A DNA stretch of 64,000 nt from a virus. The stretch lies in IMG/VR virus record IMGVR_UViG_3300045988_136686, positions 1-64,000 of that record. One strand, written 5' to 3'. Shown piece after piece: positions 1 through 8,788 of this stretch. How positions within the stretch are numbered: position 1 is the stretch's first letter; each line of letters begins with the position of its first letter. Both the position numbers and the translations under genes were made by a program. The notes beneath the pieces are model-generated. The model had not been told where the DNA came from and did no database searches. It saw only the letters and a list, made by a program, of their open reading frames with translations.

Positions 1-370
1 CGTCTTTATTATCCATCGCTTCTACAAATTCAGCATAGTTCATTCCGGCGACTACGATAAGTACATAGTTATTAGAATATCTTTTAGCAAGTTCTTTCGC
101 TAAGTCTTTACCTGTTTTTACACCTTCTGAACCTTGCTTCACTTGGTTGAAAGTTGAGTATTGAATGATGTTCTTATTATGAGCAATCACATATCCAACC
201 GAACTACGCAAGTTGCCTGTTTGGTCGTACCAACTTTTATCACCTGCTCTATCACGAATTTTTGTAACGCATTGTTCGCCAAGTTTGGATAAAGCACGAA
301 TAGTAAGACGCTCGACACGCTCTGCTTCTCTCATGAGCATGTCATGCACTTCGCTTAGCTTGGTGGTCAT
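1..370 (-). CDS. HK97 gp10-like neck/tail-completion protein (C-terminus runs off the left edge)
   Basis: Own translation from ATG 370..368: MTTKLSEVHDMLMREAERVERLTIRALSKLGEQCVTKIRDRAGDKSWYDQTGNLRSSVGYVIAH... It stays open to position 1, so it is absent from the ORF track. The TGNLRSS block and the position after connector genes fit the HK97 gp10 family. Confidence 0.5.
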   Translation of the reverse strand, partial: MTTKLSEVHDMLMREAERVERLTIRALSKLGEQCVTKIRDRAGDKSWYDQTGNLRSSVGYVIAHNKNIIQYSTFNQVKQGSEGVKTGKDLAKELAKRYSNNYVLIVVAGMNYAEFVEAMDNKD

Positions 371-372
371 TC

Positions 373-717
373 TTATACCCATAGTTTACATTGTTTCTGG
401 TAGCGATGGAAACCTTTCACACTAAACTCCCTTTCAATTCCTTCAAGCAGATGTATCTTAATCCTGTCACCTATCATGAATGTTCGACAATTTGCACGTA
501 GATAAACTGTATATGAATAGCTTCTTACAATACCATCGTCAAACTCTTTTTCAGAGGCTTTACCAGCAGGAACTGCGTCGCATTCAATACAGCCTTCCCA
601 GTTAGTTTCTCCTTCATGATAATCACCATTGCTATCCTCGTAACCATCTTTTGATACGAGGTACTGCAATCTGTGTGGATATAGTCTTATTACTGACATA
701 TTACAAAAGGCAGTCAC
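373..717 (-). CDS. head-closure / head-tail joining protein candidate
   Basis: 114-aa ORF directly after the connector-like gene. Start is probably MSVIRL at 699. Assigned by size and synteny only. Confidence 0.35.
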   Translation of the reverse strand: MTAFCNMSVIRLYPHRLQYLVSKDGYEDSNGDYHEGETNWEGCIECDAVPAGKASEKEFDDGIVRSYSYTVYLRANCRTFMIGDRIKIHLLEGIEREFSVKGFHRYQKQCKLWV

Positions 718-1039
718 CTATATATACCATTGGCTTTGCCTCCAACTCTACCGAAGGTTCACCAATGGCATTATAGATTGAGTTAACACGTAACAGAATA
801 CGTTCTTTGTCTTTATCTGATAAAGAACCGAAAGACTTGTCTGCTTCAGAAAAATTGATAGACTGAACTAAAGACCAAAGACAGTCAGCCAAAGCTCCCA
901 TATACTCCTTTGAGCTCATTGTATCTGAATCGCAATCACCAACTGGATTGAGTTTGCGTTTTATCATCACATTCTCTACAAAACCTTCTGAAATAGGGTA
1001 ATGTATTTCGTCTATAAGAGCTTGCTGAATTGTCTTCAT
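701..1039 (-). CDS. head-tail connector (adaptor) protein candidate
   Basis: 112-aa ORF 4 nt downstream of the capsid gene. Synteny only. Confidence 0.35.
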   Translation of the reverse strand: MKTIQQALIDEIHYPISEGFVENVMIKRKLNPVGDCDSDTMSSKEYMGALADCLWSLVQSINFSEADKSFGSLSDKDKERILLRVNSIYNAIGEPSVELEAKPMVYIGDCLL

Positions 1040-1042
1040 GGC

Positions 1043-2353
1043 TTAACTATCTCCATTTGTTGTTTTATATGATTCAACAGCTTTTTTGAGCTTAGCTTCA
1101 TCGGCATCATTCAATTTGTTTACAGCAGCAATTAACTTATCGTCTGAAATAGTCGTCGATAAGTTTTTACCGGTTATTTTATTGAACTCTGCGACGAAGT
1201 TTGCTTTTATGTAAGCTTGTCCCCAAATGGTGATGTTCTTATCGGTAGAATCTTTTCCCTCTTCGGTAGTGTCAATCGTTTGAGCTTCTGAGATGTCAAG
1301 GGAGTAGATTTGGTCTACGTTTTCAATAACAGGGAGAACTAATGCTTGACCACTTGTAAATTCCTGCAAAGGATCATTTTTAGAATACTTGCTGATAAGT
1401 TTGTATTCATCTACCGTGGAATAAATTACTCCTGCTACGGGATTAGTAACTTCTGCAAGTGTGCCCCAAACCAATGCGCCAACTTCTTGTGTAGTAAGGA
1501 ATATTAGTTTGTTCGCATTCCACGGTTTGTACGGAATGCGTTTACCATTTTTCTCAGAAATGACTGTACGGTCAATCTTTAAGAATGTAATTCCGTTGTT
1601 GTCATCGGCAAATGCTTCGTCAAACAATGTAGCAGTAGGAACAGGTAACTTAGTGTTGCTGTCGAATGTCTGACCTCGATAGTTGGCAACCAATTCTTTT
1701 GCCCATTGTTCTTGTCTCATTTTATTGTAAGTCGATAACGAGATTGCTATCGTTGTAATTGAGTTACCATCTGCGTCAGCTTTTGCAATAACACGCTTTA
1801 TGTCATCAGAAGAAATAGTTCCAGCTGTTTCTACACCAAAGCTATTTTGCGGTAAATAGTTGAAATTTATGCGCAATCCAGTTCCTGTATTGTTTTCATC
1901 TTCAACGATTACAACTCCATCAGATAAAGCAGTTAAAAAGTTTGCTTCGTTCTTTTCATCGATACCAACAGAGCAAGCTACCGCATCGTTGGTTAGCTTG
2001 TTAGCTATATTAGTGAACGCAGCTCCTTGAGCTTTCATGATGTTGATTGTGTTGATCTGAGTCTCACGAAGAATTTTTTTCATTCCGACCTTTGGCAATG
2101 TACCATTTGCGTGAGCAATGGAGTCTCTCATCTTGGGAGGGAGAGGTGAGTCCATTGCTACCATGTCGGCCGCAACATAAGTTGTGTTAACTGATGCACT
2201 TTCCCACTTTTGGTCTGCGGAATATTCTTTGCGAAGCATTGTCTTGTGAAGATATGTAAGCTGATTGCCTCGCTTACCATTGATTCTCTCGATGATGGTT
2301 TGAAGTTTCGGGAAAATCTTTCTGATGTATTCAATAAATAGTGATTCTTTCAT
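1043..2353 (-). CDS. major capsid protein candidate
   Basis: 436-aa ORF preceded by scaffold-like and decoration-like genes and followed by connector genes (lambda-like Nu3-D-E order). No motif verified. Confidence 0.6.
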   Translation of the reverse strand: MKESLFIEYIRKIFPKLQTIIERINGKRGNQLTYLHKTMLRKEYSADQKWESASVNTTYVAADMVAMDSPLPPKMRDSIAHANGTLPKVGMKKILRETQINTINIMKAQGAAFTNIANKLTNDAVACSVGIDEKNEANFLTALSDGVVIVEDENNTGTGLRINFNYLPQNSFGVETAGTISSDDIKRVIAKADADGNSITTIAISLSTYNKMRQEQWAKELVANYRGQTFDSNTKLPVPTATLFDEAFADDNNGITFLKIDRTVISEKNGKRIPYKPWNANKLIFLTTQEVGALVWGTLAEVTNPVAGVIYSTVDEYKLISKYSKNDPLQEFTSGQALVLPVIENVDQIYSLDISEAQTIDTTEEGKDSTDKNITIWGQAYIKANFVAEFNKITGKNLSTTISDDKLIAAVNKLNDADEAKLKKAVESYKTTNGDS

Positions 2354-2372
2354 TTTTTACCTCCTTTCTACA

Positions 2373-2774
2373 TTAATCGTGTAAGAATACAAGAGTTGGC
2401 AATGCCGTTTTCATAGCCGCTTTTATGTCGTCTATGGGGTATGGACTCGCCAAATCATTGACTTCGCCACTATACATAATACCAACCAATGGTTCACTAG
2501 TTGGTTTTGTACATACAACTACTCCTACATATTCATGAGAACCGGGAAGTGAGTCGTATCCATCGCCAGATGATTTTACGGGCATAGGTTTGTACGTGTC
2601 TGTTGACGGATCACGAATAACAACGTGCCCGGCTTTAATAACCGGAAGGTTATAATTTGATACGTCAAGAGTACGACCTCCGATAATGCCAGCTACATAA
2701 TGCCGGATTACGACAGAATCCATTCCGGCATTGAGAACTTCCATTTCGCTTGATAAATTTGCTGTTGCACCCAT
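2373..2774 (-). CDS. head decoration / auxiliary capsid protein candidate
   Basis: 133-aa ORF between the scaffold-like and capsid genes. Synteny only. Confidence 0.35.
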   Translation of the reverse strand: MGATANLSSEMEVLNAGMDSVVIRHYVAGIIGGRTLDVSNYNLPVIKAGHVVIRDPSTDTYKPMPVKSSGDGYDSLPGSHEYVGVVVCTKPTSEPLVGIMYSGEVNDLASPYPIDDIKAAMKTALPTLVFLHD

Positions 2775-2795
2775 TGTTACAATTTCTTTTTTGAC

Positions 2796-3545
2796 TTAGA
2801 AAGTGTTGACTAAATCTTCAACTTCTTTGTCGGTTAATACTTCGTCTTGTTTACCCGAACCTTTACTTCCGGCAGCAGGAGGGGTTGCCAATGTTGCCAA
2901 ACCTGCATCTGCACGCTCTTGATTGTAATTCTTCAGGTCTTCCTCAACATCTGAATAGAACTCCTCGAAATCGTCGTCACTCTCAAAGCTCATCTTAGAG
3001 AAGCTTTTCAAGGTACGTGAACCGAATGTTCCAGTGTCTTTCAGCAGGGCTTCAAGTTTGGCCTTACGCAAGTTAGAAACTTTTTCACCTTCCAATGCGG
3101 CAAAACGGGCTTCCTGTTGTTCTCTGAAAGACTTAAACCATGCGGGTTCTTCGTCTTGTTCATTTCCTTTGTTGTTGGGATTTTTCTTGTTTGAACCAGC
3201 TGGACGAGAGCCGCCTTTTGACGTGTCATCGTCAACTTCGTCATCATCATCTTCTTCTGATTCGGGGTGTTTTTTCTTCCATTCGTCAAGCAAACGGTTG
3301 GCTTGCGACTGGCCGAAAGTGAGGTAAGGGAGAACCGCTTCTATCTGCTCGTCGATTTCTGCGTTTACATCCTCTTCTGAGGCATCTTCTGCGGATTTCA
3401 GGTTATCGGCAATCTTGGCGGCGATACCCTTCAATTCCTTCGCGTTGAACCCTAACGCCTTCGCTTTAAGTTTCAACCTTACGAAAACTTGCTGTTGTCT
3501 GTTCATTTCATTTAGGTTTAAACAAAAAAATAGTCTGCGTAGCAA
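2796..3545 (-). CDS. capsid scaffolding protein candidate
   Basis: Highly charged protein with an acidic run (ESEEDDDDEVDDD), immediately upstream of the capsid genes. Likely true start is MNRQQQ at 3506. Confidence 0.5.
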   Translation of the reverse strand: MLRRLFFCLNLNEMNRQQQVFVRLKLKAKALGFNAKELKGIAAKIADNLKSAEDASEEDVNAEIDEQIEAVLPYLTFGQSQANRLLDEWKKKHPESEEDDDDEVDDDTSKGGSRPAGSNKKNPNNKGNEQDEEPAWFKSFREQQEARFAALEGEKVSNLRKAKLEALLKDTGTFGSRTLKSFSKMSFESDDDFEEFYSDVEEDLKNYNQERADAGLATLATPPAAGSKGSGKQDEVLTDKEVEDLVNTF

Positions 3546-3651
3546 TGTAGCCAGCAGACTATTCGCATCTTCTTTCAGATGTGCCTCCGCCTAAACGGAC
3601 AAACAGGTGTTTACGACAAGTCGGGTGGCGTACATCTTCATACGCTTTTTG

Positions 3652-3689
3652 CAAATATACAGTAAAGTATATGAATTTCATACACTTTT
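3652..3689 (-). promoter_or_regulatory. promoter module: 27-bp palindrome (3663..3689) plus -7 box TATATTTG (3652..3659)
   Basis: Minus-strand reading: AAAAGTGTATGAAATTCATATACTTTA-ctg-TATATTTGCA, upstream of the scaffold/capsid operon. One of six related sites. Confidence 0.5.
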
Positions 3690-3912
3690 CAATAAAATAT
3701 TGATCGAGTTTTATTTTTTTTAAGAAAAGAGGATAATAAAAATAAGACAAAGTAATACAAAAACAAGATGGCTGGGAATGAGTGATTTATCATCAAGTAA
3801 CCAAAGGCGAGTGGAAGTGAATTTGCGTTATTATCCAGTTATTCTATTGAGAATGGCAAAGATTGCTTCGTCAGTGAATCTGAAAATTGCGTGTGAGGTT
3901 GCAGATTAGATA

Positions 3913-4350
3913 CTATATAAGGCATTCATCACTCATTGAAAGATAATCATTTTCAGTTAAAATAATACTGTCTAATAATTTTATATCGAACAATTTCAAT
4001 ATATTTTTAAGGGAGTTAGTCATTTTTATATCCTCATTACTAGGGTTTTTGTTACCGCTTGGGTGATTATGAACGAATATGACACCAGCAGAGAGAGTCT
4101 CAATAGCATATTTGGCAATCAATCTTTTGTCAACTGGTGTTCCGCATATTCCTCCTTGAGAGATTTTAGCATACCCGGTTATATTGTAGGCTTTGTTCAT
4201 CAATATAATGAATGCACTTTCGTAAATAAGAATATCTTCATGATAGAACTTTCTTGCGAAATTAGCAGAGTCTATAGAAGAATAAACTTTGACAACCTCA
4301 AAATCTTGTTTTTTTGCTGTTATGCTGTATTCTACTGCTTTCTTTTTCAT
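3913..4350 (-). CDS. radC: RadC-like JAB/MPN domain protein
   Basis: JAB metal motif VHNHPSGNKNPSNEDI near the C-terminus. Size 145 aa. Confidence 0.85.
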   Translation of the reverse strand: MKKKAVEYSITAKKQDFEVVKVYSSIDSANFARKFYHEDILIYESAFIILMNKAYNITGYAKISQGGICGTPVDKRLIAKYAIETLSAGVIFVHNHPSGNKNPSNEDIKMTNSLKNILKLFDIKLLDSIILTENDYLSMSDECLI

Positions 4351-4422
4351 TGTTCTTATATATAAATAGTTATGCTATTTCGAATTTGTAGTTAGGATTG
4401 TTTGCTTTCATCGATTTTATGT

Positions 4423-4779
4423 TTAAAGATGAGTATATAAGCCTGTCACTTGTGTAAACACTTCTTGCAACTGTTCAGCATAAATATCACTCGAAAAGAA
4501 GACCTCTTTGGCCTCGGAAAAAGAAAAAGTCTTTTTGTTTAATTTCGGGGATTTGATGAATCTCATAGAATAAGTATCCTTACCTTCTTCATAAGTAATA
4601 ATTAATTTATCTGCGCCAGATTTATTTTTGCTCAATTTAATAACCTGCTGCAGGTCACCAGATTCATTCTCCATGTAACCGGTAAATTTTGATCCTGTCA
4701 TAACTACAAATCTATGTCTGCCAAGTTGTTCGTATAAGGCTAACATTATTTCTTTTATTTGTTCTTCTGAATGTTTCAT
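4423..4779 (-). CDS. hypothetical protein
   Basis: Co-directional, tightly packed 118-aa ORF. No motif recognised. Confidence 0.5.
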   Translation of the reverse strand: MKHSEEQIKEIMLALYEQLGRHRFVVMTGSKFTGYMENESGDLQQVIKLSKNKSGADKLIITYEEGKDTYSMRFIKSPKLNKKTFSFSEAKEVFFSSDIYAEQLQEVFTQVTGLYTHL

Positions 4780-4796
4780 TACTCTTATTTTACTTG

Positions 4797-5072
4797 TTAA
4801 TCAGGATAATAAGATTCAAATTGTTTAGTAAGTAAAGCGAATTGCATACCCTCTGAATAATCTTTAAGATCATTAAAATCATCTTTATTATAGGCTCTTG
4901 GCTCCATATCGAAAGATATGTTATCATAGAGCTTACCATTCTTTACGGTGTAAATACACCAGCTTTGAAGTTCCATATTATCATCTACTAAAATGTAATC
5001 GCCATTTACCGTAAGCATTTTTTCGATGTCAGAGAAAAATGCTTTAATTTTTGATTTGTCTACAGTACTCAT
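4797..5072 (-). CDS. hypothetical protein
   Basis: 91-aa ORF starting 37 nt downstream of repeat copy 1. No motif recognised. Confidence 0.5.
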   Translation of the reverse strand: MSTVDKSKIKAFFSDIEKMLTVNGDYILVDDNMELQSWCIYTVKNGKLYDNISFDMEPRAYNKDDFNDLKDYSEGMQFALLTKQFESYYPD

Positions 5073-5109
5073 TGCTCTTTGTCTTTTAATTGTTAGTAAT
5101 ATTGATTTG

Positions 5110-5203
5110 TTTTAGTATTGTAAAGACACTCATTATCAGTGAGTTAACAAAATATTTACAACCTTATTTTGCTCATAATCAATAGTTTAACTTTTGGTAA
5201 CTT
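5110..5203. repeat. 94-bp long-range direct repeat, copy 1 (partner at 24875..24968)
   Basis: By-eye alignment gives 92/94 identical (C/T at aaagaCact, A/C at ttaacAaaat). A looser match extends about 20 nt further toward lower coordinates. Confidence 0.85.
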
Positions 5204-5218
5204 GGATATTGTAATATC

Positions 5219-5246
5219 AAAAACGCCGACTTTCACAAGCCGGCGT
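5219..5246 (-). terminator. intrinsic terminator after terL
   Basis: Minus strand: ACGCCGGCttgtgaaaGTCGGCGT followed by TTTTT, about 80 nt after the terL stop. Confidence 0.6.
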
Positions 5247-5323
5247 ACATAAGAGCAATGAAAACTGCAATTATTAATAAATAATAAGACAGTCTTCGAT
5301 GCAAAGATAGAGGTTTATAGCGA

Positions 5324-6835
5324 TCATAAAAAGTCTTTTAGTAATTCTTCGTCACTAATAAAATCATAGTCAAATGGATAAAATGTATTAGCAAGTGCAT
5401 CCATATAGTCTGGCGAACGTTTGATACGTTTCTTGATTTCTTCTTTCGGTTCAATTATAATCCGTCCATCGCTTTGGAACTTCCAGTGTGTTTCGGTTGC
5501 TTCCTCCATGAGTTTGTCACAAGGGGGAATAGCCGCCCCAAAACCGTTCTTAGGGTTAAGCCAATCACGTAAAGACCAATAGCAGTAAGCTCGCATATTG
5601 GCAAATTCATATTGTCCGGTAAGGTCATGCAAGCCTTTTGCACTCTCGGAATACTTACAAGAATAAACATTCCTATATCCGAGTTCTTCCAATCGGGAAT
5701 ATACTCCAGCTCCTTCACCTATTGTATCGATGTACGCTTTGGATTTTTTGTCAGAAAGATATATGATGTGCATTCCTGCGACATGCATGTGGTCCGCTTT
5801 TCCAGCAGATTGGTGAACTTCAAATTTAGGGACATAGTTTCCGTATCGAGGGCAAAGTACACTTTCATCTCGACCCATACCAGCAACATCAGAACCAATC
5901 TTACATGATTTAGACGGTGTAAAACCTTCTTCTTGTAAACGATTCCAATTATCATTTGCAATCTCTATCCATTCATACGGAATAAGTACATCTTCGGAGA
6001 CTTTTGGAAACATACCAAGTACCTTGACACGAAAAAGGTCATTAGGTCGGTATAGACCATCTTCCCACTTAAAATCACCTTCTCCTTCATTAAAATCTGC
6101 CTTCTGAATGGGAGAACACCAATTTATCACTTTATCTTTTACCCATTCATAATCTACTTGACCGGGAATGACTAATTTCCTTTTGACTACATTCTCTGCA
6201 TTGAGTGAGTTTAACCGGAATTTCGCAAATCGATTGGATTTCATGGCTCGTGCGGCATAACCCGTAGTTATGTTAGGATTAAACACGATGAGTAAACGGG
6301 AATTTCCCTGTAAGTTACCTTCAATAGCATTATATGTTGCTTCTGAAATACCCGATGCTTCAGTAACGACGAACATTGTATTCACAGCGTGGAACCCAGA
6401 CCATGCTTCAGTATTGTCATCACCAGCCTTAAACCCCGTCAGGAACCATTCTTCATAATTAGTCCTTATTCCGGCAGATAGAAGTCGACCGGGTAAAAAT
6501 TCTGCATTTCTAAATAGTCGTGAGATTTCAGGCATCATGATGTTATATACCTGCCTTGCTGTTGGTGCAGTCATGGCAATTTTTGTATTCTTGGATAATT
6601 TGCCATCTTTCCAACGTGGAGTGAGGTACATAAAACACATAGCAGCACATGCTGCAACGAAGTCCTTACCACGAGCTGTACCTGATGCAACAGCTGTCAT
6701 AGGATTGTGCTGGACAGAGGATATGATAGATTGCTGCTCGCTGTCTAAACGAACCTTCAAAACATCACGGCAAAACCTATTCCAGTCTTCTATCCATGAC
6801 TTTAAGTAGCGTATGTCCTTGCGTACATGGCTCAT
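5324..6835 (-). CDS. terL: terminase large subunit
   Basis: 503 aa with a Walker-A-like ASGTARGKDF near the N-terminus. ATGA overlap with the upstream small-terminase-like gene. Typical size. Confidence 0.8.
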   Translation of the reverse strand: MSHVRKDIRYLKSWIEDWNRFCRDVLKVRLDSEQQSIISSVQHNPMTAVASGTARGKDFVAACAAMCFMYLTPRWKDGKLSKNTKIAMTAPTARQVYNIMMPEISRLFRNAEFLPGRLLSAGIRTNYEEWFLTGFKAGDDNTEAWSGFHAVNTMFVVTEASGISEATYNAIEGNLQGNSRLLIVFNPNITTGYAARAMKSNRFAKFRLNSLNAENVVKRKLVIPGQVDYEWVKDKVINWCSPIQKADFNEGEGDFKWEDGLYRPNDLFRVKVLGMFPKVSEDVLIPYEWIEIANDNWNRLQEEGFTPSKSCKIGSDVAGMGRDESVLCPRYGNYVPKFEVHQSAGKADHMHVAGMHIIYLSDKKSKAYIDTIGEGAGVYSRLEELGYRNVYSCKYSESAKGLHDLTGQYEFANMRAYCYWSLRDWLNPKNGFGAAIPPCDKLMEEATETHWKFQSDGRIIIEPKEEIKKRIKRSPDYMDALANTFYPFDYDFISDEELLKDFL

Positions 6836-7182
6836 TCCTCATCATCAGGCAATTCTTGCATCAGTTTCTCAAATGGATTGACATTCACGTTTTGCTCAAC
6901 GCTTTCCACATAGCCACGTTTTTTGCCTTTTGTCTTGAGATGGAATATGATGGCTGTAAGGTTGCCTGCGTTAATCTGTTCAAGCAATTTGCTTTCAGAA
7001 AAATCGATTAAACTCTCATCAACATCTGACAGTAGTTGATTCAATTTAGGGTACTTTTTACGCCATGCGGTAAATGTATTTCGGTCTATGCCGAGAGAAG
7101 TACACGTAGATGATATATTACCAGCTTTCTTAGTATAAACCTCAGCGACCTTTTCATACGGGATTTTCTTGTATCGTGCCAT
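6832..7182 (-). CDS. terS: terminase small subunit candidate (HTH)
   Basis: 116 aa with an N-terminal HTH-like ISSTCTSLGIDRNTFTAWRKKY. Overlaps the terL start. Confidence 0.55.
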   Translation of the reverse strand: MARYKKIPYEKVAEVYTKKAGNISSTCTSLGIDRNTFTAWRKKYPKLNQLLSDVDESLIDFSESKLLEQINAGNLTAIIFHLKTKGKKRGYVESVEQNVNVNPFEKLMQELPDDEE

Positions 7183-7236
7183 ATCACAGTTTTTAAATGT
7201 TGAATTTGCTTATTTCTATTTGTTTTTAATTATCAG

Positions 7237-8091
7237 TTAGAACGCACTGTTTACGACCATTCGTATAAAATCATTGTACTCTATGCCATGCTCTTTCATG
7301 CACTTAGCCATATATCCATTGGGAGAAAGTCCGGGAATCATATTAATATCTATCACATATGGTACTTGGTTGGACATTCTGAAATCTATCCTAAGGTAAT
7401 GTTTAGCACCTACCGCTTCAAACACTTTCTTCGCAATTCTGTCAAGTAATTCATCTTTGCAGGCAGATGCACTGAAGCTGTAATTTCGCTTTGTTTCATC
7501 CGTTTGTATGCCATCCGTGTTATTGGCATTCGTAAAAGCAGAGTATGTCTTTAAAGAGCTATCTTTCTTTGAGTATATTACAGAAGTGGTTATATCACTC
7601 CCGTCAATGTAACGTTCTATCATCGGTTCTATGCCTTGTTTGTGAAGAAATAGACATTTATTTATGACCTGCGACTTAGTAAAGCATATACTGTTTGAAT
7701 CTATTCCGACGCTATTCTCGCCAAACTTTGGTTTAACGAAATATGCGAAACCTCTTTCCACATCATTGGGACCAACTGTCAGAGGAAACGGAATGCCACA
7801 TTTGTACAATTCGGATTTAACAGCTTCCTTATCATGAGTAAGATAGTTAGTCTGCGAAGATTCAAGCGTGGACGCAAATCCGATTCTTTCCTGAGCTTTT
7901 CTAACATGTTGATTGATGTTCTCGTCTCTTGCCCGAATAAAAGCAATATCCTCTTTCGTGAGAAAAGAGAAATCATCATCCTTATCCGCACAAAATATGT
8001 CTATTTTACCATCGGCAAAGGCTTTCTTATAATACTTATACGTGGGAAAGCTGCCGTCTTCCTCTTTACGATTCGCTATTACCCAAATCAT
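7237..8091 (-). CDS. ATP-grasp ligase, D-Ala-D-Ala-ligase-like
   Basis: Blocks FAYFVKPKFGENSVGID, ERYIDGSDITTSV and HYLRIDFRMSNQVPYVIDINMIPGL match the Ddl-type ATP-grasp pattern. Overlaps the upstream ParB-like gene by 26 nt. Confidence 0.65.
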   Translation of the reverse strand: MIWVIANRKEEDGSFPTYKYYKKAFADGKIDIFCADKDDDFSFLTKEDIAFIRARDENINQHVRKAQERIGFASTLESSQTNYLTHDKEAVKSELYKCGIPFPLTVGPNDVERGFAYFVKPKFGENSVGIDSNSICFTKSQVINKCLFLHKQGIEPMIERYIDGSDITTSVIYSKKDSSLKTYSAFTNANNTDGIQTDETKRNYSFSASACKDELLDRIAKKVFEAVGAKHYLRIDFRMSNQVPYVIDINMIPGLSPNGYMAKCMKEHGIEYNDFIRMVVNSAF

Positions 8092-8788
8092 TGTCTTTCT
8101 GTATTTCGGTTAAACGTTCCTTTGCTAGATCAAGCAGCTTAGAAAAGCATATTGCAGGAGACTTGATGTTGAATTGGTCTCCTATTTCTTTCTGCAACTT
8201 AAGCAGCATCTCCTCATTAGGTTCATGGTCTGCAATCAATACGATGTCGCTTTTCTTCGCCTGCTCCCTTATGTCCCCAAACAGACTGTCTAGTGCATCA
8301 AACGAGTTTGGGTAAAGGATAATGGAGAAAGTGAAAGTCTCCTTCATCACGGATATATCTATACCGTTCGTATCAACCGGTGTAATTTCGTCAATGTTGA
8401 TGTGGGCGAACTTCTTGAACTCGATGGTCTGAATTTGTTCAAATAATTTCTTCAAGATATTCCTGTTATCTTCTCCATGTAAGGAGTTATGGGAAAGCTG
8501 GATTGCTATAATCTCATCTTTCGTAAGCTCATCTTCATCGCAATAAAGAATGCCTATCTTGGAGTAACGCAGTTTCTTACAAGCCCTCAATCTGTGATGC
8601 CCGCTTATCATCACAAATCTTCCGTCTTGTTTTTTGTAACAACACGGGACGCTACTCAATCCGGATTTGCCAATATTATCGCATAGGGCGGCAAAATCCT
8701 CTCCAGTCATTTCGTTGGCGTTCATTTCCGCCTCATCTATAAGGCTGATGGCCACCTGATCGTATTTCCATCTATTTTCGTTGCCCAT
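8066..8788 (-). CDS. ParB/sulfiredoxin-fold protein
   Basis: RFVMISGHHRLRACKKL (GxxR/HHR box of the ParB N-terminal domain). Overlaps both neighbours. Confidence 0.6.
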   Translation of the reverse strand: MGNENRWKYDQVAISLIDEAEMNANEMTGEDFAALCDNIGKSGLSSVPCCYKKQDGRFVMISGHHRLRACKKLRYSKIGILYCDEDELTKDEIIAIQLSHNSLHGEDNRNILKKLFEQIQTIEFKKFAHINIDEITPVDTNGIDISVMKETFTFSIILYPNSFDALDSLFGDIREQAKKSDIVLIADHEPNEEMLLKLQKEIGDQFNIKSPAICFSKLLDLAKERLTEIQKDNDLGNSES

